A stretch of 62,526 nt of DNA, filler included, from 22 parts of 22 records of this genome joined end to end with filler, not necessarily neighbours in it; one strand, 5' to 3'; counted from the first letter of the whole stretch, positions 1-11,386 are shown. The notes: a model not told the origin generated them from the sequence alone. Translations and numbers: made by a program.

Positions 1-791
1 AGAAATATCTTGGTTGGTTGGTTTATTATTAACTATATATTAGATTCGTTGAACGTTTTAAGTCATCAACGTTTTCTCGTCGACCAGTTGACGTCCACGA
101 TCGACACCGGTACCATTCGGTAGCACGTCGACCGCAGATGATGCACGGCCGTTGGCATTTCCCACGTCCTCTCGGTTTTCGAGAAAAATGACATTATTGC
201 TCAAACGTGCAAATGTCACCAACGAAAGTCCGAATTGTTTTGCGCGCCAATAAAAGCTATGGTAACCGTCTAACAAAAAACGTGGAACATTTGAAAAAAT
301 CGCGTCGGATTTTCGCGATTTTTCTAGCTCCGTACACTGGCATTCAAATTGTGTGAGCGCATTTTCTAAGCTTGAAAAACACTTGTCTAAAAGATGCACT
401 ATCACAAATTTTGATTTTTGCCCTCAAACGCGAGATACTGAGCACTCGGAAGTAAAATAATGGCATATTCCGAGCTCTATTCGGTTTATGCCAAATGCCT
501 CTTGAACATTTTTTTCGTTTGGTCCATTTAACTCGCGACGTGCCATGAGATGTTCCAATGAACGTCAGTGGAAAGAGAAACCGCGATTTTTGTGAAAACT
601 CCGACCATATTTTGCTGATGGTTTTCGTGTATATGACAAACCATTAAACTTAAAAACTCCGAAATGAACAACGGTGCAACAACGCGTACAATTCCTCCGA
701 TTACCGTACATCCTTTAAAAATCCGATTCTCTGAAAGAAAGAACGATGGAGTTCGGTCTGTACTCATGGTAAGTCTCGGCAGCAACATTCA

Positions 792-3515
792 TTGATGCCC
801 AATGGCAAACGAGCAAAGGCTCGGGCTAAACGGGTTGCTATTGCCAGGGCGAAGAGGAAGAAATCATTTCCTCAAGTGAATTTAGAATTTTCCAAACCTT
901 TGGCCAACGAGAGTAAGCAAGGGAGGCCAGCCAAGAGAAACAGACTCCGCAAGGCCCACGCTGAAAATCCAAACCACGCCAAAAAATTACAAACGACCTC
1001 TGTTGATGAGAAACTAAATGAAAAATCCGAGCATGAAACCGAATCGCTAGAAGATTCTAATTTTCCAACCCCGGTGGTTTGCAGTGTAAATGAAAAAATA
1101 TTGCAATTGGCGTGTGATCGCAAAAAAGAGCACGAGAGTTCAAATGCACAATCCAGCAAAAAAACCAAACCTTTGGATGCAAACGCGGGTAGTAATTTCT
1201 TGGATTTCCCCCGTGATAATTTTCAAAATTTATACGCATATATGAATCCAGCCAGTGGAAGTCCACCAGCCGAGCCAATGGACCTCACCGAGCTCTACAA
1301 TGAAACGGCTGTCGGCGCCGCACTCACTGTGAGCCAGAACTACAAAGAATTTTGCAAATTAATGGGGACCAATATTCCACGACGTTCAAAGCGTAAAAAT
1401 AAAAAACCCGATCGTTCAGATCAACCCGCGAAAAAAAGGAAACCCCGACAAAAATTCACCGGGAGACGTAGACAAAAACGAGCAATAAGCCAGCAAGTGT
1501 CCGAAAAAATAATGGCTCATAAAAAACGAAAGGCGGACGAATCTGTTGATTTTATCGATAATGTGAAAACTGACAAACTTGAAAGCTTTCAAACCGAGAA
1601 ACGATCAAATGATTCACATGCAAAACGTGATAACGAGAGTGATAGTGAAATGTCCGATTGTTCCGATAATTTCTCAGTTGGTGCTGTGCACGCGACCGTG
1701 CAGCCTAACGTTGTGAGCAAAAAAAATGCATTTTTGCTTAAACTTAAGCGTCGCGTGAATGCTCACATTGGTGCTGGCAAAACGGCAGTTCAGCCCAATG
1801 TATCTGAGAGTTCTGAATCAGAATGCTCACAAGCTTCACACTTTACATGCCGTTTCGAAAAAACTGATTCACTTGTTAATACGAAATCAAACAAACGTAA
1901 ACTGTCACCTGGAAAGTCGGATTGTCGAAATGAAACGGTTGATATCGCGGAAATTTCCAATTCACGAGAGAAGAAAAACGTACGAAAACAAAAAAATCGT
2001 GAAATAAAACAAAATACTCGCTTGAAAAACAGAATTCAAAATCTTTTAAAAGAGATTAATGTTGTACAAAATTTTGGAACTTTACAACGGAAAAACGATT
2101 TGAATGTGCAACGTGCAACGGAAATCCAAAAACTTGATAAATCGTACAAAAAAGGAGCTCTTTTCAAAATATGTTCAACATGTTATGCACAACTTTTATT
2201 TCCTGAAGATGAAAGCATTTGTTGCCGTAAGAATAAACAACTGCAAGACACATACGTGCCGTTGTGGAGTTTATACCCAAGTGCACCGAATGCTCTAAAA
2301 AAATTTATGAACACAAAAACGTTTCGCTATACTACCATTCCAATCCAAAATAATTTTCGACTGGCTTATCTTGGTGGGCATTTTCACAATAACAAAATTC
2401 AAGCACGTTGTCAACCTTGGATGCACTTAAGCGGAAAGGTGTACAGTATGGCATCGAAATTACACAATTCTCCAGTGCAAAACTTTATTGTTGACGGAAA
2501 AATTGACGAAAATGCGGAAAAATTCAATTTTAACGTCACGGATATGGAAGTGGTTCGCGATTTCCTCAAAGAGCACAATCCACATGTTCGAAATTTTGTG
2601 ACGGCATATGAATTGAAAACATCAGCGGAAAAAGAGGATGTACTTTTACACGGTCAGTTACAACTTGACATCCAAACGGATGACACCTTAGCACTAGTGA
2701 CTTCGGACTCTGGTCAATTTGCTCACCAAAAAGAGACTGAAGCCGCGATTCTTGAACGAAATAACAGCGAAAAACCGACAATTCAATATTTGCCCACACA
2801 TTCGCGGTGGTTCGAGGAACTGAATTACACACTTTTGTATGCGGATGGAAATCGGGGTTGGGACTATAAAGACGAATACACGTTAGCACAGTATACCAAA
2901 CTACGACTTGCACGAGATCCGGCATTACGCCATTTCGGCAAATTACAAACCGAATGGCTTTTGCAAAATTGGGCACGAAAAGAACAAAATGATTTACGTT
3001 TCGAGAAAAATCGTCAAAAAAAGAAACTCGTTCAATACGACACACAAGAGAATTTTGCTACCCAACAACAAAATGGCTTTCAAAAAAACGGATTTTATGT
3101 TCCCCAGAAAAAAGTTAACAGTGATAATTTCTGGAAAATGAAACATGAAAACACACAAACGTTAGCAGCCCGCAAGGGAAACCCAACGTTTATGACCACT
3201 TTCACTGGCAGCACTTCCTGGCCAGAGATGAAAGCTTTTTTGCGAGATCCAGATTTGTATCGGTACAAATTTCATGCGGAAAAAGCTGAAAATGATAAAA
3301 CAGATATTAACTTTAACGGAACCACTAAATACAAAGATGCCAACGTTGGATTACAGCAACATGTGACGAGTGAAATGAACAAAAAACATGAACATCCGAT
3401 AATTCACAATTTCCGGAAAAATGAACATGTTCACAATGCACTTGAGCACCCTGATATGATGAGTCGAATTTTTCGGAAAAAACTATATACGATATATTAT
3501 ATTTTAATGCTCTAA
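792..3515 (+). CDS. Helitron Rep/helicase-like protein, N-terminal part only (Helitron_like_N); ends before the HUH motif and helicase
   Basis: 907-aa ORF (TTG/ATG start). After a K/R-rich low-complexity N-terminus, Helitron-type blocks occur in the expected order: CSTCYAQLLFPEDESICC (Zn finger), IQNNFRLAYLG, HLSGKVYS, LKEHNPHVRNF, LNYTLLYADGNRGW, TLAQYTKLRL, FGKLQTEWLLQNWARKE, ARKGNPTFMTTFTGSTSWPEM (Rep motif 1, cf. YGKPDLFITFTCNPKWPEI) and EHPDMMSRIFRKKL (cf. DRPDLVARVF). Confidence 0.8.
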   Translation: MMPNGKRAKARAKRVAIARAKRKKSFPQVNLEFSKPLANESKQGRPAKRNRLRKAHAENPNHAKKLQTTSVDEKLNEKSEHETESLEDSNFPTPVVCSVNEKILQLACDRKKEHESSNAQSSKKTKPLDANAGSNFLDFPRDNFQNLYAYMNPASGSPPAEPMDLTELYNETAVGAALTVSQNYKEFCKLMGTNIPRRSKRKNKKPDRSDQPAKKRKPRQKFTGRRRQKRAISQQVSEKIMAHKKRKADESVDFIDNVKTDKLESFQTEKRSNDSHAKRDNESDSEMSDCSDNFSVGAVHATVQPNVVSKKNAFLLKLKRRVNAHIGAGKTAVQPNVSESSESECSQASHFTCRFEKTDSLVNTKSNKRKLSPGKSDCRNETVDIAEISNSREKKNVRKQKNREIKQNTRLKNRIQNLLKEINVVQNFGTLQRKNDLNVQRATEIQKLDKSYKKGALFKICSTCYAQLLFPEDESICCRKNKQLQDTYVPLWSLYPSAPNALKKFMNTKTFRYTTIPIQNNFRLAYLGGHFHNNKIQARCQPWMHLSGKVYSMASKLHNSPVQNFIVDGKIDENAEKFNFNVTDMEVVRDFLKEHNPHVRNFVTAYELKTSAEKEDVLLHGQLQLDIQTDDTLALVTSDSGQFAHQKETEAAILERNNSEKPTIQYLPTHSRWFEELNYTLLYADGNRGWDYKDEYTLAQYTKLRLARDPALRHFGKLQTEWLLQNWARKEQNDLRFEKNRQKKKLVQYDTQENFATQQQNGFQKNGFYVPQKKVNSDNFWKMKHENTQTLAARKGNPTFMTTFTGSTSWPEMKAFLRDPDLYRYKFHAEKAENDKTDINFNGTTKYKDANVGLQQHVTSEMNKKHEHPIIHNFRKNEHVHNALEHPDMMSRIFRKKLYTIYYILML

Positions 3516-3673
3516 CCGACCGTAATGTGACGAGATAAGTTCAATACTTTCAAAAAGGCGTAAACAAATAAACACTATTTGATCGAACTCTTTCTCTACA
3601 CGGTTAATTAAATCCAAAACGGATTATTGTCTATTATACTGTAGTAGACGTAACACTCCGGTGGATAACAAAT

Positions 3674-3714
3674 TCACTACTGGGATTAATTGAATGCTCA
3701 CTACTGGGATTAAT
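3674..3714 (+). repeat. 17-bp direct repeat TCACTACTGGGATTAAT x2
   Basis: Exact copies at 3674-3690 and 3698-3714, between the Rep ORF and the terminal hairpin. Confidence 0.9.
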
Positions 3715-3806
3715 AAAATCACGCATATAAATCTAAAATAAACACTGAACGAACGGTAAACGTGGCAATCCGATTGTCAAAATATGAGGCCCGCCGCCAG
3801 GCGCAA

Positions 3807-3840
3807 GGGGGCCCGAAGCGAAGCGGAGGGACACCCTTGT
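3807..3840 (+). mobile_element. Helitron-like 3' terminal hairpin followed by CTTGT
   Basis: GC-rich GGGGGCCCGAAGCGAAGCGGAGGGACACCC (GCGAAGC mini-hairpin inside CCC/GGG and GGG/CCC stems) in AT-rich DNA, ending CTTG-T, about 300 bp after the Helitron ORF. Confidence 0.55.
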
Positions 3841-3877
3841 ACAAAGGATTGTAAGGGATTCCTTATTTTGTAAGAAA

Positions 3878-3977
3878 NNNNNNNNNNNNNNNNNNNNNNN
3901 NNNNNNNNNNNNNNNNNNNNNTTAATTAATTAANNNNNNNNNNNNNNNNNNNNNNNNNNNNNNNNNNNNNNNNNNNN
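3878..3977. other. Artificial contig spacer N44-TTAATTAATTAA-N44 (first of 21)
   Basis: Identical 100-bp spacers carrying a six-frame-stop linker start at 3878, 6408, 8660, 10828, 12967, 17158, 19396, 21796, 26373, 29269, 32033, 34742, 37144, 39338, 42349, 44865, 48300, 50663, 54190, 56864 and 60063. Confidence 0.99.
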
Positions 3978-4005
3978 GAAAATCCTTAGACATCTCCTAC
4001 CTTAA
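3978..4005 (-). mobile_element. TTAA-flanked DNA-transposon/MITE terminus (Kolobok-like), copy 1
   Basis: GAAAATCCTTAGACATCTCCTACCTTAA at a contig start. Related copies at 39438-39461, 48260-48287 (opposite strand) and, degenerate, 4440-4466. Confidence 0.5.
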
Positions 4006-4066
4006 TTCCAGCAACAAGAGTATAAATCTCCATAATAACACCATAACCTAAAAGTTTTCTACGTAC

Positions 4067-6170
4067 GTGCAGATAGCTAGGTAAGAGAGAAGCGTTCTTC
4101 CATAAACCGTGTAAAAAAGTAAAATGGGTGAATCTACCAGCATTAGAAGGAACAGAATTGCTGCAAGTGCTCCAGCAACGTATGAGACAAATCGAGCTAT
4201 TATTGTCTGAAGTGTTTGTGGAAACTAAATTACACAAAGAAATCAAGATGAACATAAAAGAGTAAATGTACTCCAAACTCTCGAAGGTAACGTCTTCTAG
4301 TATGGTTCCATTAAGCATGGGCACAACAGTACTAGCAAAAAATCAATAAACAACCGATCCTTTAAGTTAAAAAATCTCAAACGCCTGCTCTCCCAGCAAA
4401 AAGAACAGAGGCGTCGGACAAGTTTTTGTAAAAAACTGCATAAGATAGGATTCTGTCTAAGGATGTTTGAAAATGTTGGCTTTTGGTTTGTGTGGTTGTT
4501 CTCGTTCGAAAATTATATCTGCTGTACAAAAATTTGATGGGTTGGGGTTTGGAACATAAAAAGAAAAATTGAAAGACAAATCGCAGAAGGTTCCACTTTC
4601 AAAGTGAAAAGCGTGTGCTCATATCTGGTAAAGCTATCTTTGCGCAGTAAAAAGAACGTTTTGTATGAAAAGATATCTTTTCCACAACCCACTCCACCAA
4701 CAAAGAAAACAAAGAGTTCAAAACGATATCTTTTCGCCAATTATTACACGTGTATATTTCCCTGTACAACAAAACGTGATTTACATCTCCTTTAATAGTA
4801 AGCTCATCTCTTCTGTTATATTGAACAACAATATTAAAACCAGTGTATACTGCTATGCACAGTAGTTACATAAGTACAAAGTGAAAAAACGTATTGTATA
4901 GGAATTCCTAACCGCGAGGAGATATCACTCAAAAATGCATACTTTTACGTAAAGATATTTAGACTAAAATAAAAATATAGCCGAGTTCCAATATCAATTG
5001 TATAGAAAAACAACCAATTTGTTTCAAAATTTGGTTTTTTTAAAACCGATGCCTCAAAAAACAGAATTCCAACTTGCGGAATTGAATTTTTTGAAGACAA
5101 AGTGAAGCAAAAGCAAAATATTGCACATTTTCGGGTTATAATTTGTTTAAATATACAATTTAGTCAATTAATATATTCGATAATGCTAACAGGCAAAAAG
5201 AAGTCTCAGATATATACGACACCAAACGAAGATTTTCATATGAGAAATCTCGCATGTCGCAGCGAAATTACATTTACTTTTTTTGGAACCGAATGATGAC
5301 AGCTAAAAGCGTTCCATCGAAGAATAATGGCCACAATCATTATTAGATAACACTGTAAGTTATCACAAAAGAAATCATACACACCTGTTCAAGAAACTTC
5401 GAAGCCGCGTCGTGACTAGCTGTGAGTCTCTGTTCAAATAAATGAGGCAATTCATTAAACTCTCGGAGTTTCCATCTCGCTAGCGGTGTCCATTGTCTAA
5501 AGCAACAACATGTTTGTATCATTCAAAAATCGAGAATTCGAGAAAAGTTATAACAAGGATATTGCCACGAAATCTTTTGCTCAACACATTCCGCCCCACA
5601 AAATATATTCAAAATTCAAAAAGTGGCAAATAATTTTAGAAAATCATTAAATTGTTAATTGACAGGTGACACTTAAAGTGCCCTCAGGTCATTACAGCAT
5701 CATTATATAGTTGCTTCTCTGTAAAGACTCATCCCACTCCATAGAATCAAAGTTTTCACAAGAACACATTTTTCGCATGTAGCAGCGAAAATACGCCTTT
5801 GTGTTGCCAAAAACTAGCGAAACAATTTCAAAAACTAGCGAAACAATTTAGGCTAAAAACACAAGAATTCATTGCGAATATTTGGCGTCACTTTTTATGT
5901 GGATGTTATTATGCACCTCTGATTTTCTGGTGATCTTTCCTTTTTGCGAATTTTATTTTACACTGTACTGCAGTTTGTTTAGTTTTGACCACAGGGTTTT
6001 CCCACACGTACACTATACACACCTCGGTCCCATCACATTCTTCTTTGAATAAAATTCTTCTGCGTGCTTCAAAAAGAAAAGGACAGTCATAAATATCAAG
6101 GTGAATGGTGTACAAAATAGATTGACAATACCCCACATTCTCAACACGAGCTTTAGTTTCTGAGGATTCT
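4067..6170 (-). CDS. ATG9: Autophagy protein ATG9, internal fragment, 3 spliced exons
   Basis: Exons 6023-6170, 5385-5496 and 4067-4224 with GT-AG introns and matching phases translate [113 protein letters not shown]. The REFNELxH block is the ATG9 core. Confidence 0.88.
5808..5849 (+). repeat. 21-bp tandem duplication CAAAAACTAGCGAAACAATTT x2 (intronic)
   Basis: Exact adjacent copies at 5808-5828 and 5829-5849, inside an ATG9 intron. Confidence 0.9.
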
Positions 6171-6507
6171 CTAAAAAAATAAACATAAAATCACTTAGAA
6201 GAGCAACTTTTATTTCGATTCATCAGTCTTTTCGTAAAATAGTCGTATTTGCTGCTTTGACGCTCCATCTATTTTCCAAAAGCAACATGTTTGGGAAGAA
6301 AAACAGTTTGGCTTCGAGCTGAAATGTGAAAAATCAATCGCTGGGATTTGTTTTTAGGAAATCATGTATGTGATGACAGAATTTTGCTCAAATACAGAAC
6401 ACGCCCTNNNNNNNNNNNNNNNNNNNNNNNNNNNNNNNNNNNNNNNNNNNNTTAATTAATTAANNNNNNNNNNNNNNNNNNNNNNNNNNNNNNNNNNNNN
6501 NNNNNNN

Positions 6508-8659
6508 GTCCTATAAAATTTCCACCTTTATCGTGTGCTTCAACTTCGAGCTGTACGTTATGTTGTAAACAGAGCGATCGTGTAAATTCTGTGGCTTGTG
6601 CAGAAAGATTGAAGTCTGAGCCAGAATTTGCACCTTTAGGACCACGAGATGTGTCGACTCCTGAGAGACAAATAAAAGACAAATAAAAGACAAATATTAT
6701 TGTTATGAAAAGTAAATCTAACCCCACTCACTCCCTCCACCAAATTTTCAAATTTCGAGGCATGTGTAACGTGTGGGACACCTTTTCAAACCCCCAAATG
6801 TCAATTCAAGAGCTGGCTGAGAAAATGCCTGTTTCTTCTGATTGCTCACACATTCAGTCTTTTTACGATATTAAATTTTTCAACAACATTTAAGTTAAAA
6901 AAAGTCTGTTTGTGGAAAGCTTGGAATCTCAGACACATGAACATACCAAATTCAAACGTTTAGTGAAATACACAAAACATTGTTGGTGGCCCAAATCTCA
7001 AAATAATTTTTCGTGATGTGAAAAATCCACCGTGATGAGGACTAACACTTTCCTACATGCCTTAGATAGCACAATCGATTCTAAAGAAGTACATACCACC
7101 TAGAACGTATGAAACAATACAGTTTTGTTTTGGAACAAGGATTTTTAGTCGATGACCGGTAAACACAAACTCAACAATTCCATTCATTCGGCCGAATTTG
7201 TCAGCGCGCATAAATTCAAAATAAGATTTTGCTTTCGCGACGACCTAACAACACAAAAACATCACTTTAAAAAACAAACAAACATCAACGGAACGCCAAA
7301 AATATTTTTTGGATTCCATAACCATGGTTTCTTCTACAAATTTGTTATGTTTTTCACAATAAGACACTCACACTTCGCTTCGCAAAGTGAAAACCCTCCA
7401 TCCAAGCATTACACCCATCCACCACCCCCACAAAGCATCGAACCAACAACCAACCCTACAGGCAACTATGCTTCGTACCCAACGCGACAAGAAAACAACC
7501 TTCAAATGCTCACTGAAGCGAGGCATCGTTTCTTGGCCAGTCAAGCCACACACCTCACTCAAAAAGCACACCCCTCCTGCCCGGGCCTGCTACCCATTAT
7601 ATTTCAGAAAAGCCCTCTCCACCTGCCGGGACTGCAACACTTCTTCACCGAAAACCTCCCAACAAGTTCTGTCATTATCTCCAGAAAACAAAGCTCCCCC
7701 CATACCCGCTGCATACACACCCCACCACAATAGACCCTACATGCTGGAAAGACGACAAGATATCGAATTTCTTTAAAACCATCACGACATTTTTAAGTAG
7801 TACCATCTTTTTGAAAAACAAAACGAACCGATTTACTGAGAAGATCACGTTTTTCTTTCTCGTCTTTGTCCATATCGTCACGGTTACCACCAAAACGTTC
7901 AGAAAGATCGATGTATTGAGGAACAGGCATAGGCGATTTTGAGTGTATACCTTTTCCTTTTTGCTGAGCACTAAAAATATAACAAAAGACAGTTCATATT
8001 AATGATTAAACCCAGCACATTTCAGTAACATAACCGTTCGAAACTTGGTAAACTTTCCCAAATTTTTTCCAAAAAAAACAAACAAAACAAACACAAAACT
8101 ATCAACCTCAAAATTCTGATATGTATTTTCACAGCCATTTTCCATACATATATGAAATACTTTCATTTGTGTTTGTTTCGCAATTGTGTTTTTTTTGTAC
8201 ACATAGGGGCTTTCAAGTACAAACAATAATTATTCAGGTAAATATATTCATTTGGAAGAAAATGGTGTGTTTATACGAAAAAATAATTTTCGAAAACTCA
8301 CGAAAACTTGAACATGCTAAAAACAGGCAAATTTCTTGAATCCTGAAAGAAATGTTAATTAATTTTCTTCATTGCCTAGTCAAATGTTTCATTGTTTCTT
8401 GGAATAAAAAGTGAAATAATGCTTATAAAACTTTTCAGTTCCGAAATGTCAACATTATTTTCGACGTGACTCAAAGTGTCATTAGTCGGACCAAACAAAA
8501 ATACCCAACGAATATCACAAACCTTTCTGTGAATTGCACTGTACGTACCGTTTTTCAGCGTCTAAAAGTTTTTGATATTGATTTGATCTGTCTTCACTTA
8601 TACTATGTGAAATAACAGAAGCATTTCCAGATGCAACTTGTGCTTCGGCAATGTTTCTA
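6508..8659 (-). CDS. SND1: Tudor staphylococcal nuclease (Tudor-SN/SND1), SN3-SN4 fragment, 4 spliced exons
   Basis: Exons 8549-8659, 7829-7970, 7097-7244 and 6508-6660 splice in phase (2,0,1) to RNIAEAQVASGNASVISHSISEDRSNQYQKLLDAEKR-AQQKGKGIHS...-VVAKAKSYFEF...GIVEFVFTGHRLKILVPKQNCIVSYVLGG-VDTSR...QATEFTRSLCLQHNVQLEVEAHDKGGNFIG, matching SND1 SN3/SN4 motifs. Confidence 0.9.
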
Positions 8660-9886
8660 NNNNNNNNNNNNNNNNNNNNNNNNNNNNNNNNNNNNNNNNN
8701 NNNTTAATTAATTAANNNNNNNNNNNNNNNNNNNNNNNNNNNNNNNNNNNNNNNNNNNNCGAAGTTTTAATGAGCAGAATGTTCGCAGCACAAAGAAGGC
8801 ATATAACTCTCTACGATGCAGTAGTTCAAGACAAAAAAATCAGTACTCACAATCTTTTCACAAGTGCTAAATTCCACTAAAAATTATGAGTATTAGTTAT
8901 TTCTTGAGTGCCAACTTATTAATAAAAATCTAAAAAGTTAAACTTCTATTGTTGTTGTTTTTAGCATGGAAAATCTGTTTCATGGAAAAATTCACTTATA
9001 CTCCGCTTCTTCTACTCTTCAGACTTTTTGGTTATTTCCAAGTTTTAAAAAAATTATGTTTTTGAAAAAGCAAGGGATACCACGCTTGTGTAAAAAAACC
9101 AACAGTGCATGTGTTGTTACACAGGGTGTGTATATGTTTGGTCAAGACAAGTGATGGTATTCTCAATACGTCATAGGCCCGTACTATTTGTGCGCGCGAA
9201 GAAACGGACAATATACAATTTGAAGCAGTGAATATGTCAAAAGTGGAAGGTCATAGTATTTTCTAGACATGTTTTCTGAAAGATAATCAGTAGATGGTGA
9301 AGTTTGATGATCGTCATCAGTGGAGCTGTTGCTAGTCTATCAACATCAACTGTTGCATCGGACTCAAAAAAATCTGACGATTGTGACAGATTCATCATTG
9401 CCACCGCCAACTTGCAGTAGCGGCTGCGACAAAAGAACTGACGGCGATGATGCACAAAACAATACTTCTTCAAGTTCTAGTTGGTGAAGTTGATATTTTT
9501 TTCACGCAACTGCTGTTTAATTAAAAAACTTTTTATTACCCCCGAATGTTAAAACGAGAGTATTACCACCAAACAACACGACAAAAACAAACAAACATCA
9601 CTCTCATTTCATCATACCAAATGTTATGCTAGTTACATTTTTTTTAAAAATGTGCGAAACGCTACTTCACGATATTTTATTATCTAAAGTATTATTTTCT
9701 TGAATAAATTTCTAGAATTCCAGGCACTTTGCAGTTTTGTAGAGATTGCAGAGACAGTCAGGGGAGTTATGCCAGAGTAGTTTTTTTTAAAAAAGTGATT
9801 CTCTTTGCATGTATTCCTCATATTCCCACCAAACCACAACAACAAGAAAATAAAAGAAACGAAAGATCGCTCTTATTTTACCATAC

Positions 9887-10727
9887 CGAGAGGCAACATG
9901 CTTCCATCAAGAAAATTATCGACTGTTTTATCCCAATCGTCCTCAAATGCCGGAAATGCGGACCTCAATTCAGGTTTCAATCTTTTTGCAAAATGGTAAA
10001 ATGATACACACATATCTCTCCCTAAAAAAACAAAAAACAAATATGTTGTAATTCGTAGTTCTTGCCCAAGCAAATCATTTTTCGTAATAATTTCAAAAGT
10101 AAAGCAGTGACATCAGTATTGCGGAGCATATTTTTAATTATTTCAAAAACACTGACGTTCGAAAATGTAACTTAACTTTATGCAGGGAAAAATAATAACA
10201 TTTATTGTAAATTGAAAAATAATAATAACGTTTATGCAGGAAATTCAACCAACATTTAAATACGACAGAACCGCGCATACCTGCAAAAATTAAGACATTT
10301 GTTGATACAACCTATCAGTTTCAAAAACACACTATAGATGAACATTTTCAGTAGATTTAACCAAAATCAAAATGTAAAATCTGTGCTGTACACATCAGTG
10401 TGCCCAATTTATGCTTTACATGGAAGTATGGGGCGTTTGTTTTGTTAAAAAATGTCGATTCAGGAAAATTACAAAAAAATAGAAATAGATTGACATATAT
10501 AATATTACACCAACATACAATACAGTACGCAAAGTACATACCATCCCTAACTTGAATCACATATTTTGCACTCCCTCTTTTCGGTGTGAGTGGCCACGCT
10601 AAATTCGAAAAATAAACCCGTTTTCCATATCCCTTGTCAAATTCTGGATTTTCTTCTTTGTTATGCCCATGAGAAACACTCGACGGTGTCCCTTCATTTG
10701 TTAACCCAGCTCCGATCATTCCAATTT
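9887..10727 (-). CDS. Cytosolic-type sulfotransferase (Sulfotransfer_1) fragment, 2 exons
   Basis: Exons 10542-10727 and 9887-10021 (both phase 1-1, GT-AG) give KRVYFSNLAWPLTPKRGSAKYVIQVRD-GRDMCVSFYHF...WDKTVDNFLDGSMLPLG. This is the SULT 3'-phosphate-binding motif RxxxDxxVS, split by the intron. Confidence 0.75.
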
Positions 10728-11211
10728 CTACATGAAAAAAAAAGAACAAAAATTTGTTTTCTTATTGAATGTCATCAAGAAATTGTATTGTCACATGCTT
10801 TTTATTTTCCGATTGAAACATAAAAAANNNNNNNNNNNNNNNNNNNNNNNNNNNNNNNNNNNNNNNNNNNNTTAATTAATTAANNNNNNNNNNNNNNNNN
10901 NNNNNNNNNNNNNNNNNNNNNNNNNNNAAAATTTGACATGTACTTTTCACATTGTTTGGTTGGTATAAATTTAATTACCATATTGTTCATGAAAGTTGTT
11001 GAAAAAAAGCTAAAAATGATGTTTTTCGAAGTGAAATTTCAAAGCGACAGACAGTTTTTGTCACTCAAATTTCTCGACATAAAAACCTTCACTTCCGGTC
11101 CTTGGAAATAAAGACCCTTGAAGGTGAGTGGGGTTTTATTCATCGATATGGTCTGGAGACCCCATGGCATTATATCATATCACTTATGACAATTATTGAT
11201 CTATTATTTAC

Positions 11212-11386
11212 CTGGAGTTGAAGGGGGGCTGCAAGATGTTACATTAGGATCACATGGAGGCGGGGCTGGAGGTGTGGGTGGTGGTGTAGAATCCTCGGAC
11301 TCATCGCCCCCTTGTGTACCCTGACCACCACCTTGGCCAGAAACGTACATTGCCATTAAAAGGAACCATAAAAATCTCGTCATCAT
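11212..11386 (-). CDS. First exon of a secreted Gly/Pro-rich eukaryotic protein
   Basis: ATG, signal-peptide-like MMTRFLWFLLMAMYVSG, then GGGQG/PPPTPPAPPP; GTAAAT donor at 11211. Confidence 0.5.

Noticed and set aside
58..788. Divergent minus-strand ORFs upstream of the Helitron ORF, with one in-frame TGA hinting at recoding
   Set aside because: No recognisable motifs, and the confidently reconstructed eukaryotic exons all read in the standard code.
3922..3933. Regularly recurring TTAATTAATTAA as a biological repeat or CRISPR-like array
   Set aside because: Always centred in N44 runs; it is a six-frame-stop joining linker.
7152..7776. 193-aa and 129-aa plus-strand ORFs
   Set aside because: Antisense to a Tudor-SN exon and intron; low-complexity translation.
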